DNA from: the human T2T-CHM13v2.0 reference genome, Homo sapiens
NCBI RefSeq assembly: GCF_009914755.1
Contig: NC_060944.1
DNA length: 64,000 nt
Direction: 5' to 3' (one strand)
This document shows positions 1 to 12,071 of this stretch, piece by piece; positions within the stretch are counted from its first letter, which is position 1; the number at the start of each line of letters is the position of its first letter. A program made the position numbers and the translations under genes. The notes under the pieces are model-generated. The model searched no databases. It saw only the letters and a program-made list of their open reading frames with translations, and was not told the origin of the DNA.

Positions 1-129
1 CTTTCCTCGCAAATCGAAGCTAACAGGAGCCCCGATTTGCAGACCAGGAAATGGAGACCCCGAACGAAACAACTTGGTCGGGGTCACCCTCGCCAGCCGG
101 GGCACTCTAGAGCTAAAACTCGCGACTTA

Positions 130-1950
130 TCATTCGGAGAGGGGTCCCTGAAGCACTGCGGGCGCCCCACTGGAAGCGCAGACCCCGGCCTGCCTCCCCT
201 AATCAGGGCGCAGCGGGAGAGCCGGCCGGGCCGGGGCGGGCACCAGGCCGGGTGCCAGCGCGCTTGGCCGGCCCGGAGGTGTCCGCTTCCGCCCGGGGCT
301 GGCACCGCCGGCCCATTCATCGTGGCCGCGGGCGGGGCGGGCCGGGCCCCGGGCGCCCTCGTCCCCCCGCCGGGAGCCCTCGAGCCAGGCTCCGCGCAGC
401 CCAGCCGGGGAAACGGTGGCCCCGGCCCCGCCGCCAGGGGGAGCAGGGAGCCGCCTCCCGCACTCCGGGAAGTTGCCACCGCGGCCGCCCGGCGTCCGTG
501 CCATGGACAGACCCGGTCCCTGCGCCGCGAGCCCTGCGGCCCCGGCCCGCCCCGTCGGGGGCCGTCCCAGCCCCGCGAAGCGCCAGCGGGCCGCGGCCCG
601 GGACCGGCGCGCTCGGCCCGTGGGCCCCCATTCAATCCCGCCCTCCTCCCCTCGGCCGGCCTCCGCCGCCTTCCGCCCGCACCCCCACCCCTCCGGCCCG
701 GACTCCAGCCCGGCAACGTCATCCGGCGGCTTCCCGAAACTTAACCCCTTCCTCCGCCAGCTGTGCGCCGCCCCGCCCCGCCCCGCCGCCAACTTTCTTC
801 GCCCAACTTCGGAGCGCGCTGGCCGGCCCGACGGCCCTGCCGGGAGGGAGGGAGGCAGGGAGCGGTCGCCACGTCGCGCCCGTCTGCCGCCGCAGCTCCC
901 CGGACGGCGAGGGCCGCGGGGTCCACACCACGGGGCGCGCCCTGCCTACGCCCCGGTACGGCGCTTGCCCGGCACCCCCGCCCCGAGTCCGACCCCGACC
1001 CCGATGGTGCACGGCCGCGGCGGCAGGCGGCGGGCGGCGGGCGGGCCGGGGGAGGGGCCGCCGAGGAGACGTGTCACTCGCGGCGCAGCGCGGCCGGCCC
1101 CGGCCCCCCGACGGCCCGGCCCGCGCGCGGCCGCTGCAGGGCCCGGCCAAGTTTCTTACCTGCAGCCAGAGACGCGAGAGGGAAAGCGAGAGGGCAGGAG
1201 CCGCCGCCTTCGCAGCCGCCGCGGAGCCGGGAGAGAGGAGCCGGCCAAGCCTCCGCCAAGAAACCGCCCCCGAGCAGCTGTAGACGCTGCGACCCTGACG
1301 CCGCCCGCCCCGTCTGCCGTCCGCTCCGGCCGCTCGCTGGCTGCGTGCGCGCGTGTGGAGTCGTGGCACTTTCTGCCTCAGAGCTGGCGAACGGCCCCCT
1401 CCGCCGGGATCGCCGCCTCCTGCCTTCCCCACCCGGGCCAGCCATTCATCGAGCCGCCTCTTCCCATTGGTCCGCACCCCGCCACTCTGCCGGTCGCTGG
1501 CCAGTCAGGACGCGGGTGGCCGAGCCGCGGCGGCGGCCATTGGGCAGAGAGGAGGGTCTCCACCTCGGCCAATGGGAGAGGGGAGGAGCTGCGGGGAGGT
1601 GAAGGGGGCAGGGCTGGGGAGAGGCGGGGCCGAGCGGCGCGGCGCTCGGCCGTGCGCGGGGCGGGGCGGAGCAGGAACGCCCCGCCCACCGAGGGGGGGG
1701 TCTCCGGCCAGCTCCGCCCACTCTGGGCCCGCGGCGCTCCCAGCAGTCTCTGACTAGGATCCGGCTCTGCCTAGGCGGGAAGCAGAAGGTTCGGGTCCCG
1801 GCGACCCCGGGCCTGCGCCTCTGGATACCGCTGGGCTGACATGGCGGTGGCTGAACAGGGTTGCGCAACCGCGAACAGCCAAGGAAGCTGCTTTATTTAA
1901 ACCCAACTAACTTCCCCCGAAGCAGCGCCCCCTCGGGCCGCCGGGTATGA
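130..1950. promoter_or_regulatory. RRBP1: CpG island / promoter region of RRBP1
   Basis: Very high GC with dense CpG, ending abruptly near 1950. GC boxes (GGGGCGGGGCGG ~1658-1669) and CCAAT boxes at 1466-1470(-), 1539-1543(-) and 1569-1573(+). Confidence 0.9.
1160..1375 (-). other. RRBP1: RRBP1 non-coding exon 1 (5' UTR); TSS approximate
   Basis: Minus-strand donor CAG|GTAAGA (plus strand tcttac|ctg, 1154-1162). The sequence matches my recollection of the RRBP1 mRNA leader, and the position fits RRBP1 lying head-to-head with BANF2. The RRBP1 CDS is outside the window. Confidence 0.8.
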
Positions 1951-2921
1951 GGACAAGCTCTGCTGGGGGTCAGCCCAGGGAGAGCAAGTTCTTATCATCA
2001 AAGAGATTGCAATCAGCACCAGAAGGAATTTCCTTCAGTAAATGGAGGAATTGGGGTGGAAGAGCCAGAAGGTGCACGAGGAATTGAAGCGGATGTCATC
2101 GCCCTCGTTGTTAGGGAGGGTACAACTGAGGCACGGTCTATTTAAGATACTCAACCAAATCACAGCCGGCAGAGCAATAATTACAATCCACTCTGTGGCG
2201 TTTTATTCCATGCGTTGGGGAAGGTGAGAGGTTCTAACCTAAGAAAACTCATCCGTGTCCCACAAAACGGAGCAACTGGTACTTCCTCATTCCCTGACTT
2301 TCTCCCCAATATCAGCCAACACTCAGTCTTCATAATTAGTCAAGTCTTTAAATTAAAATAATTTTAGGCTTGATTTTTAACCATTATGTCAGCGTCTCTT
2401 AAAGCCAACCCTTTGAACTTGAGCCAAAGCCAGCTTCTTTGGAATTTTGGATTCTGAGCGACCAAAGGCTGCCTAGACTGCCCCCCATCACTTCCCTAGC
2501 TCCTGTTGCTGCAGAATCCCGTGCCTAACATCTATTTCTTGGACAATTTTCAATCTTCCCTGTCCCCATTTGTCACTAGTACTGTACTAGCTGTTGTTAG
2601 AAAGATGTGAAAAATACAAGCCTTCATGGGGAATAAAGAGCGATTGGGTTGAAATTAAACTGTTCATTCCTATTTTTAATCTTGGCGGTTCCTTAGCCCA
2701 TTAATGATTAATCAGCAGGAATTAACCTGGATTAACTCTGGAACACTCAGTCATTTTCCAGCAGTGAGACCCGGCTTCAAATGAAAGTCAAGAATCCCAG
2801 CTTCTGGCTGGCAATTGCTACCAATGAGTCCTACTTGACCAGGGCTGGGCCATCTAACCTTTCTGAACATGGGTATACTCCTTTAGGACAATCACTCCTT
2901 CCTCTGGGTTTCAGGGAGGAA

Positions 2922-2958
2922 ATTCATTCGTTCATTCATTCATTCATTCATTCATTCA
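2922..2958. repeat. (ATTC)n microsatellite at an L2 3' end
   Basis: About 9 ATTC units followed by decayed L2-like sequence. Confidence 0.8.
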
Positions 2959-3164
2959 CCGGTGTTTGTGGAGTGCCCGGTATACAGTGCTAAGCTGGGC
3001 AAGCAGCCTAGAATGACACATAGGTCCAGTGAAGACCCAGCTGCCCTCAAGGGCCTGTCCAGGGACAGGGACCTCCTTTATCCTGTTCACTGTTTATCTT
3101 TTTCCGGAAGCAGATCCTGGCAGTAGGGTTTGTTCAATCATTCATTTGGGGGATAATCATAAGA

Positions 3165-3485
3165 AACATTGGTGGAGAAGTGGGATGAGCAGGAGCCAAT
3201 AAGGGGACCAACATCAAGCCTGTGACTGGTGTGGGCACACAGGGCTCGGCGTCTCTGGGGATGCTGTGAAACTGTAGAACACACCCCAGAGACGTCCCAG
3301 CTGAGGGGTGAGGACCTGGTTATTTATCCAGCCACTCCCAGTCCTCATTGGTTAACAGCTTCTTCTGGGGGGACTTTAACCCCCGCCCCCATCAAGCTGG
3401 AGAAAGCCTTGCAGCAAGAAGCCCTTGGCAGAATGGTGAGTGCCTGGAGGCATGTCGGGGGCCACAGCAGTGTCTCCCACACTGT
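3165..3485 (-). mobile_element. ERVL LTR fragment (LTR33/LTR16-like)
   Basis: Shares blocks (tatttatcca..actcc..tcattggtt) with the copies at 7980 and 17621. Confidence 0.5.
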
Positions 3486-4274
3486 GAACCATAGTCCGAC
3501 ACAGCACCTGCACAGAATAGAGGCTTGTGAATATACGTGTTCTGTAAATATTGTCCCATGAGCGATAACATTACAAAGTCCTTAGGAGTGAGGAGTGTTT
3601 ACAGAAAAGGGGCTCCCTGTTTGTTCCCTTACATAACTTAACATTTGATTTGGCCTCAACACAACATTTGTTTCGGGATGGAAGAGCAGCCCTGTCTGAG
3701 CCTTTGCATTTCCTCTGTCCTTGCCCCTCATCTGCCAACAGCCAGCCCCAATGTGCTGTGAAGACTTCCAGCCTCATCATCCTCATGCCCTTTGGGCAAA
3801 GAAATCAGTCCCGCTGCACCAGGCTCTGTCAGGGCAGATCTGCACACCCTCAGGGTGGCCCGACTTTGACAGCCACTGCTGTGCCTGTGGACACCCATCT
3901 TTAACCCCCTGCAGCCTCGTCAGCTCTCCCAAGGCGTATCTGGGAAAAACCAGATCCATCCCTAGGACTAGATGGACAAGGGTTGCCTGTGGTGGGAGTG
4001 AGAGGCATCCCCCCAGGCTCAAGTCTTCTGCTAAATCATGCAGCCCTCCAGCAGCACGAGAAAGCCCATCCCACAGTCCAGCCTCCAGGCTGGGGCTCTC
4101 AGATGGGAACAGGTCATTTCAACACAAAGTCAGCAGTCTGGGAGCCCCCAGCCGGGGGAGTTACCCCACCCTGAGGGGAGCAGAGGCTGACAGCAGAGGT
4201 GTGAAGAAGTGGGAGGTAGCCAGGCCAAAAAGGGCACACTGGCGAGGAATAGCATGGGCAAAGTAAGGCATGAT

Positions 4275-4350
4275 GTTAGCCAGGTGTGGTGGTGTGCCCA
4301 TGCAGCTCCAGCTAGCCCCAGGACTGCTTGAGCCCAAGAGTTCCAGGTTG
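4275..4350 (+). mobile_element. Degenerate Alu monomer fragment
   Basis: ttagccaggtgtggtggtg...ggactgcttgagcccaagagttc. Confidence 0.7.
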
Positions 4351-4490
4351 GAAGAAACAAGAAGAAGAAGAAGAAGGAGAAGGAGAAGGAGAAGGGGAAG
4401 GGGAAGGGGAAGGGGAAGGGGAAGGGGAAGGGGAAGAAGAAGAAGACAGAGAAAGAGAAGGAGGAGAGGGGGAGGTGGAGGGAGAGGATG
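4351..4490. repeat. Compound polypurine repeat (GAA)n(GGAGAA)n(GGGGAA)7
   Basis: Uninterrupted purines 4359-4446. Confidence 0.95.
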
Positions 4491-5009
4491 ATCTGAGATC
4501 ACATCATCTCAGTTTATCTGTTGAACAACTCAGTTGTTGGCAAAGCCTGAAGGGCGAGGGAGAGGCTGGGAAGAGCTGGTTCTACACAGGTGATCATAAG
4601 GGAAACAGGGAACTTCCCTGGGGTGGTGCAGATGTTTCATATCTTGATTATAGTGATGGCTGTGGTAAAACTCATAGGATTGTACACTCTTAAAAAGAGT
4701 ACATTTGGCTTGGAAGCAAATTATGCTTCAATCAACCTGACTCAAAAAAAGGATGTATTTGGTTTTAGTTGTGTATTAAAAACAAAGCATTATTATTAGA
4801 AAAAAATTAAACATACAAGAATAATTACCTAATATGGTCCATTAACTCATGACAATAAATTGCAAATATTATCCGAAAGACTAGACAGGAAGATGGGAAT
4901 ATATTATATCTCACAGTTTAAAAAGAGATTTTGCTTTGTCAAACAACTATGAAAGGATGATAAATGACAAGTACAATAAAATATCATGTGAAAATAAAAG
5001 CCACTGTGA

Positions 5010-5195
5010 TAATAGAGAACATGTTTAGGTTTCTTGTGCCAGGTACCATTTGAGACACGCTACAAATACGTAAAGTTATTTAACCCTCAGTACAACCCTA
5101 TAAGGGAGGTAGAGTTATTATTTCCATTTTAGAGATGAGGAAACCGAGGCACAGAGAGAGCAAGGAACCTGCCCATGTCACAGGGCTCGTCGGAG
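5010..5195 (-). mobile_element. MIR
   Basis: Reverse MIR core ccattttagagatgaggaaaccgaggcacagagag. Confidence 0.8.
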
Positions 5196-5924
5196 GAGTT
5201 ACATTGGTCCCCAAGGCTCATGGCAATAACTCTTGCATTCAGCGCCAGGTCGTGGAAGGTGTGCTGTGCCTATAGAAGGGGCAAGATTTGAGCCTAATCC
5301 TTTGAGAGTAGCAACTCAAGGAAGGGTTTGTGATTGATGACAGCTGTGATGACTCCTTTGACGTTCTATATTTTGGGTGGATGCTAGGTTTGGGGCCCAC
5401 AGGGTTATAAGACCCACAATAGCTCAGGTGAGAGGTGACAAGGGCTGGAATGGGGCAGTGGCAGGGGTAGGAGGTGCAAGGTCCTTCAGGAGGGGTATTA
5501 GGACATGAAGTAGTAGCAAGTGAGGCTTAGAGACCAGCAGGAGTGAAGGAGAGAGGGGTTACCCATGAGCCCTGTTTCTGGCCTGAGTGATAGGGAGCAT
5601 GGTGGTGTCACTGCTGGGGCAAGGCACACAAAAGAATGAACAGATTGGGGACAGAAGCTGGGGGAAATGTTGTATTGTATTTTGACATGTTGGATTTCAG
5701 GAGCCTAAGGCAAGTCCAGGTGGAGACAATGTTTCCGTAGGTCTGAGGCTCAGGGGTTGTTGTCAGGGTCAGTGATGCAATTAGGAAACCTAAGCATACC
5801 CTTGGAGGTTCAGACCCAAGGACAGCAATGACTATAACCAGTGGATAGGGTGGGAGTTGCATGTGGATGGGAACAGGAGAAAATGCTTGAGTCCTGAACA
5901 GAGAAAGGAAAAAACCCACAAAAG

Positions 5925-6320
5925 AGTATGTATCAATCAGCTTTTGCTATGTAACAAACCACTCCCAAACTCAGTGGCTTAAAACAAGTATGGTTTCTTA
6001 TCAGAGCTCACACATCTGTGGGTCAGCTGAGGCTTGGCTGATCTTGGTTGGCTCACTCATAGGTCTCTGGGTGGCCTGAGAGCTCACCTCCAGCCTGGGC
6101 TTGGCTGGGGCACCTTACAAGCTCTGCTGCACCTGGCTCACCCCCTCTTCCTGTGATCAGCAAGCTATAAGGGGCATTCCCTTCTCACGGTGATGGTTGA
6201 AGGAAAAGAAAATAAGCAGAAATACATATACAAGGTGTATTGGATAGGTGAGCCCAGATTCAAGGGGCGGGGAAATACAGGGAAGGGTAAAGCAATGGCA
6301 CCAGTGATGCAATCAACTAC
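5925..6320 (-). mobile_element. MLT1-type MaLR LTR within L2 remnants
   Basis: gctatgtaacaaaccactcccaaactcagtggcttaaaacaa terminus. Confidence 0.65.
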
Positions 6321-6579
6321 TGAGTCCAAGAAGGAGAGATGGAAAAGGTAAATCAGGTGAGGATGGCCTCAGCAAGGGAAGAGAGTTTCAAGAATTGGGG
6401 ATGGTAAGCACTGTTAAATGTAGCCTAAAAATCCAGCAAGATGAAGACCGGGGCACATGGCAACTCAGGAGTCACCAGGGACCTTGGGGAAACAGCTTTA
6501 GAGGAGGGGTATTTGGTAAGGACACCACCAGATCGTGGAGGGCTAAGAAATGAATGGGAGTGGAGAAGGTAGAAGGAAT

Positions 6580-7260
6580 GTACATCCATTCATCCGACAG
6601 ATGAATCCAGCTGAGGACCCACTAAGTGTCAGTCACTGTTCTAGGTGCTGGGGAGAGAGCCACGAACAAAGGAAGGGTCTTCTCTCACGGAGCTCACATT
6701 CTAGTGGGAAGAGAGATAGTAGACAAAGCAACCAATAAATAAGTAAGAAGAATTGAAGTGGTGCAATGGGCTACAAGGAAATGAGAATGGGCTCAGGTGA
6801 TGGAGAGGGATGGGGATTTGGAGAGGGGGAGCGCAGTGGATGTGAAGAAGATGGACAGAGAAAGCCTCTCTGAGGAGGTGATGGTTGACCTGAGACTTAA
6901 ATGACGAAAAGAAGCTGATCTTGTCTTGGGAAAAGGAAGGGTAAGTGCAAAAATCCTGGGTCAGGGAGGATCTTCGCAGCTGGTTCAGGGAACAGAAAGA
7001 AGGTTGTGTGGCTGGAGCTCATGGGCAAATGGAAGGGAGAGAAAGGAAGGGGGTCTGCAGGCAGGAAGGTCCCAGACCACGGAGGCCTGAGGATACCATG
7101 GGAAGCTGAGGTTGGGTGGGAGATTTAAGCAGAAGAATGATGCAATCTGATGTGCATTTTCAAAGATCACTTTAGCAGCAATGTGCAGGATAGATTGGAC
7201 AGTGTAATGGAGGATTCAGGACTCAAATTAGGAGACTGTTCCGAGATTCCAGGCAAGACA
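6580..7260 (-). mobile_element. L2 fragment
   Basis: cactgttctaggtgctgggga..ctcacattctagtggg..gcattttcaaagatcact motifs. Confidence 0.7.
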
Positions 7261-7265
7261 TGGTG

Positions 7266-7694
7266 GATGATGTGCTGGTAAATATTTAACAACTGGCTCT
7301 CAGGTGCAGATGGGGATGGGGGCACTCCCTGATTTACAGCATCTGCCAATTTCTGTGGTGTAAATATTCCCATCAGAGCCAATTGATTTCAAGCTATGGA
7401 GTCATTGAAGGCAAAGATGGGAAGAAATTTGCAGTAGCACACCACTGTCTACTATTTCTACCATAAAAATATGAGAGACACAAATCATTCCAAGAGTATA
7501 GATAGTAGTACAATGTACTAATTAGGAAGTGATGGTTTTGAGTATTTATTACCTTTGTTTTTAATATGATCTATTTCATTTTAAGTTTATATAATTTAAT
7601 TTTTAATAATGACCATGTTTAACCAACTGCTGGAAAAATTCCTAAAAATGTAACAATCAGCTGTCATAAGCAGGCTGGCTCTACCATACCACTA
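7266..7694 (-). mobile_element. MER63-type hAT DNA transposon
   Basis: Termini tgtgctggtaaatatttaacaactggctct and ggctggctctaccataccact, with internal ttgagtatttattacctttgtttttaatat. Confidence 0.7.
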
Positions 7695-7723
7695 GATACA
7701 ATAGTCATGTGGATCAGAGTGGA

Positions 7724-7805
7724 GTGTGTGTGTGTGTGTATCTGTGTGTGTGTGTGTGCATGTGCACATGCATGCCTGAGTGCATGGGAAAGAGAGAGAG
7801 AGAGA
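7724..7805. repeat. (TG)n / alternating purine-pyrimidine tract then (GA)n
   Basis: Direct reading. Confidence 0.9.
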
Positions 7806-7979
7806 CCCAGCAGGATTTTTAAATGTTAGAAAAATGAGATGTGCATGTTCATGTTGGCATTTCTGCACCCATATCATCTCCCTGTCTGAACTGTGGATTC
7901 ATTAGGGTCAGTGGCTCTACCCAATGTTTAATTATGAACACCTAGTCCAATGCCTTTGTCCTGGTAAGAATTCTCCCTA

Positions 7980-8395
7980 CCTGGGTTAGATCTCCCCAGA
8001 AGCAGACCCTGAGAAAAAGTGTTGGAGTGAAAGCAGTTGGAAGGTGATCCCAGGAATTACCAGTAGAGAAGTGGGGAAGTAAGACAGGGAATGTAAGGAA
8101 GTCAGTGAACAGTGCATCAACAGCAAGTTACCACTGTGAACAGCTGACGTGTAATACCATTGAGGAACTCTCTTGCTTCCAAACTGAGAAGCAAGGAAGC
8201 AGAGTACTTATTCACCAATTCCTATTCATCACTGGTTGAAGGCTGCTCCTGGAGGCATTAGCTCTCTGGTATTTCCAGCCCACACCTCAGAGAAAGCACT
8301 TAGGAAGAAGGTTGCTGGTGTTTGCAATCACAGGCTGTTGATATGCACAGGAATGGCAGAGGGGATGTGGGCAAGGTGCCAACAGTGTCTGCTCC
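7980..8395 (-). mobile_element. ERVL LTR (LTR33/LTR16-like)
   Basis: ccccagaagcagaccctgaga...ggtgatcccaggaa terminus. Confidence 0.65.
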
Positions 8396-8413
8396 AAAAC
8401 TCATAAATATTTA

Positions 8414-8830
<417 letters not shown>

Positions 8831-11543
8831 TCAGCACATGTATCACGCACTTTTGCAAAATTTAAATCAGAGGACCTATGTGATATCCCAGACAATTAAA
8901 ATTCTGCAATAGTTTTACTCAAAACCAGAGCAATGTTTTTACACAACAAAAATCTCTATAGACTATAGTAATTGTCAAAACAAAAATAAAATATACACAA
9001 AGGAAATAGATGTAAGTGTGAACCCAAGTTGCCAATTTTTGTGGCTGCAAGTGGTAGTAAAAGAGAACTTGGGAGAAGAATATTTGGTTTGTTCTGTGCG
9101 TAATGTTAGAAGTGAGCTTACAGATAGGAGTTTTTGCAAAAAATGACAATGATTGACTTAGTGGCTGGTGGTGAGTCCCCAGAGAAAACAAGAAAAACCA
9201 AAATAATAGGTGAATGATATTTATCTGACACTTTTCTGTTTGTAAAGTGCTTTGTAATAATTGTTACTATAACCATTATTATTATTATCCTCAGTTCACA
9301 GGTGAGGAGCTGACGTTTAGAGAAGTACAGTTGCTTGCTGAAGCCTTCACATTTATAGATAACAAAGTTAAATAAGCCCTGAACACTCCAGAAATGGCAC
9401 CTTTGTAGGATACATCTCTCTGCCTCTCCCACAGAAATGCCAATGGAGAAATGAGCAGGTATAACAGACCCTACGTGAGTTAATGAAACCTTTCTCCTTT
9501 CTATTGTCCTTGCAGGACTCCATGCATCTTCCCTTCAGTGCAGTCATTGGATAGTAGCAAGCACTTAGTAAGCTGTCAAAAATGTTTTAATTGAACCAAT
9601 GACACTGTCTAGCTGTGCTGTCCAGCTATGGTGTCTTAAGAATCCTGGATTCACAACTCCCTATCTCAGATGGGAAGTACCAGTCAGAAGAAACATTTCA
9701 TGGCCCTGAGGTGTGCCTGGCATGACTAGGTGCCTCACATTGGACATCTTGGGATAAAATCCAAGGTTCACTGAGTTGGAAGGCACAATAGGGCTTCGTC
9801 TATCCATCCCTGAGCAGAAGGCATTCTTAACTAGTCCAGCTAGTTAGACAACTTGGCTCTTCTCTAAGATTACCAGAGATGAAGAGCTCAGGACTTTGAC
9901 GTGTAGTCTAGAACTTCATCTCCCATTCCTGGTTTAGTAAACTCATTCATTCAATAAATATTTATAGAGCACTGCTGCACACTACAGTCTATATGAGCTG
10001 CTAAGAATTCAGCAGAGAACAAGACAAATAGGACCCCTACCCTCAGTGGGTTGATAGTCTAGTGGTGATGGGGGATGGGGGGAGGCAATCAGTATTTCAA
10101 TAGATGGTTGCTTAATTTGTGGTAAGTGCTCCAAAGTAAATTCACAGGGTGAAGTGGTATATGGAAACTGTGAAGGACCGAGTTGTCTTTTTCCCCCCTG
10201 CTTTCTCTTTCCAATCCATCCTGCTCACATTTAGGAAACTTAACATTCCAAAACCACTACTTCTATCTTTTCTTGTCTCCCCTTCAGGAGCCTAAAATTG
10301 TACCCACCATGTCAAGTCTCTGTTTCTCTGCCTGACTTTTGTGGACCTCCATATACCAGTGCCCCCTGACATTCACCAAGCTCCTCCTCTTCCCATTTGT
10401 ACCCCATGTGCCTCTGCCCAAAGCACACTCCCTATAGCCTTGCATGCCATTCTTGCCCTCTCATCTTTCAAGAGCTGTCTTTGGTCATTCATCCTGTAGT
10501 TGGTGCTAAGTTTGCCAGGCACCCTCTTGTTGATAGGGGTGCAAAGTTGGATTGAACTTGGTTATTCTCTGCCCTCGAAGAGCCTATGGAGCTGATTCCT
10601 CCACAGGACTCCAGAATACATAGCTACCACTCTTTTCCTCTGCCCCACCAACTCCCTTTGGAGACCACCACAACACAACTGGGCACCCGAGTTCACTGCT
10701 AGATTCTGTACATAGCAATCCTGACTCTTCAACAAAAAAGCTTATAAAAGGCCTGAGTCATACTTGTTTTTTCCTTCTGAACTCCCTGTGATTTCAATTC
10801 TGCAATGAGTTGGTTTTAGCTTCAGGAAGTCCTTTCTTATGTCTACCTTAAATCACTTCTACATCACTGTGCGCTTATTTCTTAGAGTCTTATTCTTCAT
10901 GGCTTTAGGGCAGAGCTTCGGCACTCTGCTCAATGCTGGGTCTCTGCTGAGTGTTCACAAAGTGCCTGTCACTTGATTAGTAAGTGCCTGGTACTTAAAA
11001 ATCATTATTTGATTCCCTCCTCCAGGTTCTTCCCTCCAGACTTAAAAACTGCAGCTTCTTAAATCTTTCTTCCCCAGCCACTTAATCATCTTGTGACACT
11101 TCTCAAATTCGGTTAATCAGCATTTTTTCTTTATTTTTAAATGATTAGTGAGAGTTTTAAAGAAGGTCCTTAAACCAGAGGCAAAATATATATATATATA
11201 ATAGTATTCAGAAAGGGTCCACCAGGGCAATTGAGTTCATCTCCCTGTCTTTGGCCCTGCAGTCCCTTCTGCCAGCTAATAGATCAGGCCAACTATCCCA
11301 GCTCAGCACAATCGTCCCAGCCTCTGATCTGAATGTGCACTGCAGAAAAACTAGATTTGGAGGGATGAGAGCATAGCCTGCAGCCCCACTTGTACTCTTC
11401 TTCAGAAAGCTACTTGTCACTGTGGTCAGAAAACTCCAGGCCAGGGCAAAATTTACTTAGGTGGTTGAATTTAGGCAACTTTTCATTCTTCCTTCCAGTG
11501 CCATTTCCTGGTGAATCTGCAGATTCTCATGAGATTTTAGGTG

Positions 11544-11592
11544 TTGTGTGTGTGTTTGTGTGTGTGTGTGTGTGAGAGAGACAGAGAGAGAG
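11544..11592. repeat. (TG)n(GA)n microsatellite
   Basis: Direct reading. Confidence 0.9.
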
Positions 11593-11774
11593 ATTACCTC
11601 AGATAGACTAATTTGCACTAAAGTTTTACTGACTTACCATGAAATGCCTTTCAAGCATTTTTGCCATAATACCTCTAGTGTCAGACGAGAGTGAATGTGG
11701 ACACCAAGGAGGGGCATGGCCTTTAAGCCATCTGTCCAAGAAGACATTGACGTTACCATTAAACACCCATATGA

Positions 11775-12071
11775 TTTTTTTCCCTTTTTCTGAGACACAG
11801 TTTCACTGTCACCCAGCGTGGAGTGCAGCAGTGCGATCTCAGCTAACTGCAACCTCTGCTTCCTGGGTTCAAGCAATTCTTGTGCCTCAGCCTCCCGAGT
11901 AGCTGGGATTACAGGGATGCACCACCAAGCCCAGCTAACTTTTGTATTATTAGCAGAGGCGGGGTTTCACCATGTTGGCTGGGCTGGCCTCAAACTCCTA
12001 ACTTCAAGTGATCACCTGCCTCAGCCTCCCAAAGTGCGGGGATTACAGGTGTGAGCCACCGTGCCCGGTCC
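11775..12071 (-). mobile_element. AluS
   Basis: Reverse full dimer, TSD ccat(a/g)tgattttt. Confidence 0.95.

Noticed and set aside
1466-1587. Canonical ERSE (CCAAT-N9-CCACG) in the RRBP1 promoter
   Set aside because: None of the three CCAAT boxes has CCACG at the N9 position.
37-1868. Many long overlapping ORFs (up to 445 aa) on both strands
   Set aside because: Pro/Arg/Gly/Ala-rich products of a stop-poor CpG island, open in most frames, with no recognisable domain. RRBP1 exon 1 is non-coding.
4161-4693. ORFs with poly-R/RG, poly-L/PL and EGEGE tracts (protamine- or RPGR-ORF15-like)
   Set aside because: These are translations of the purine microsatellite.
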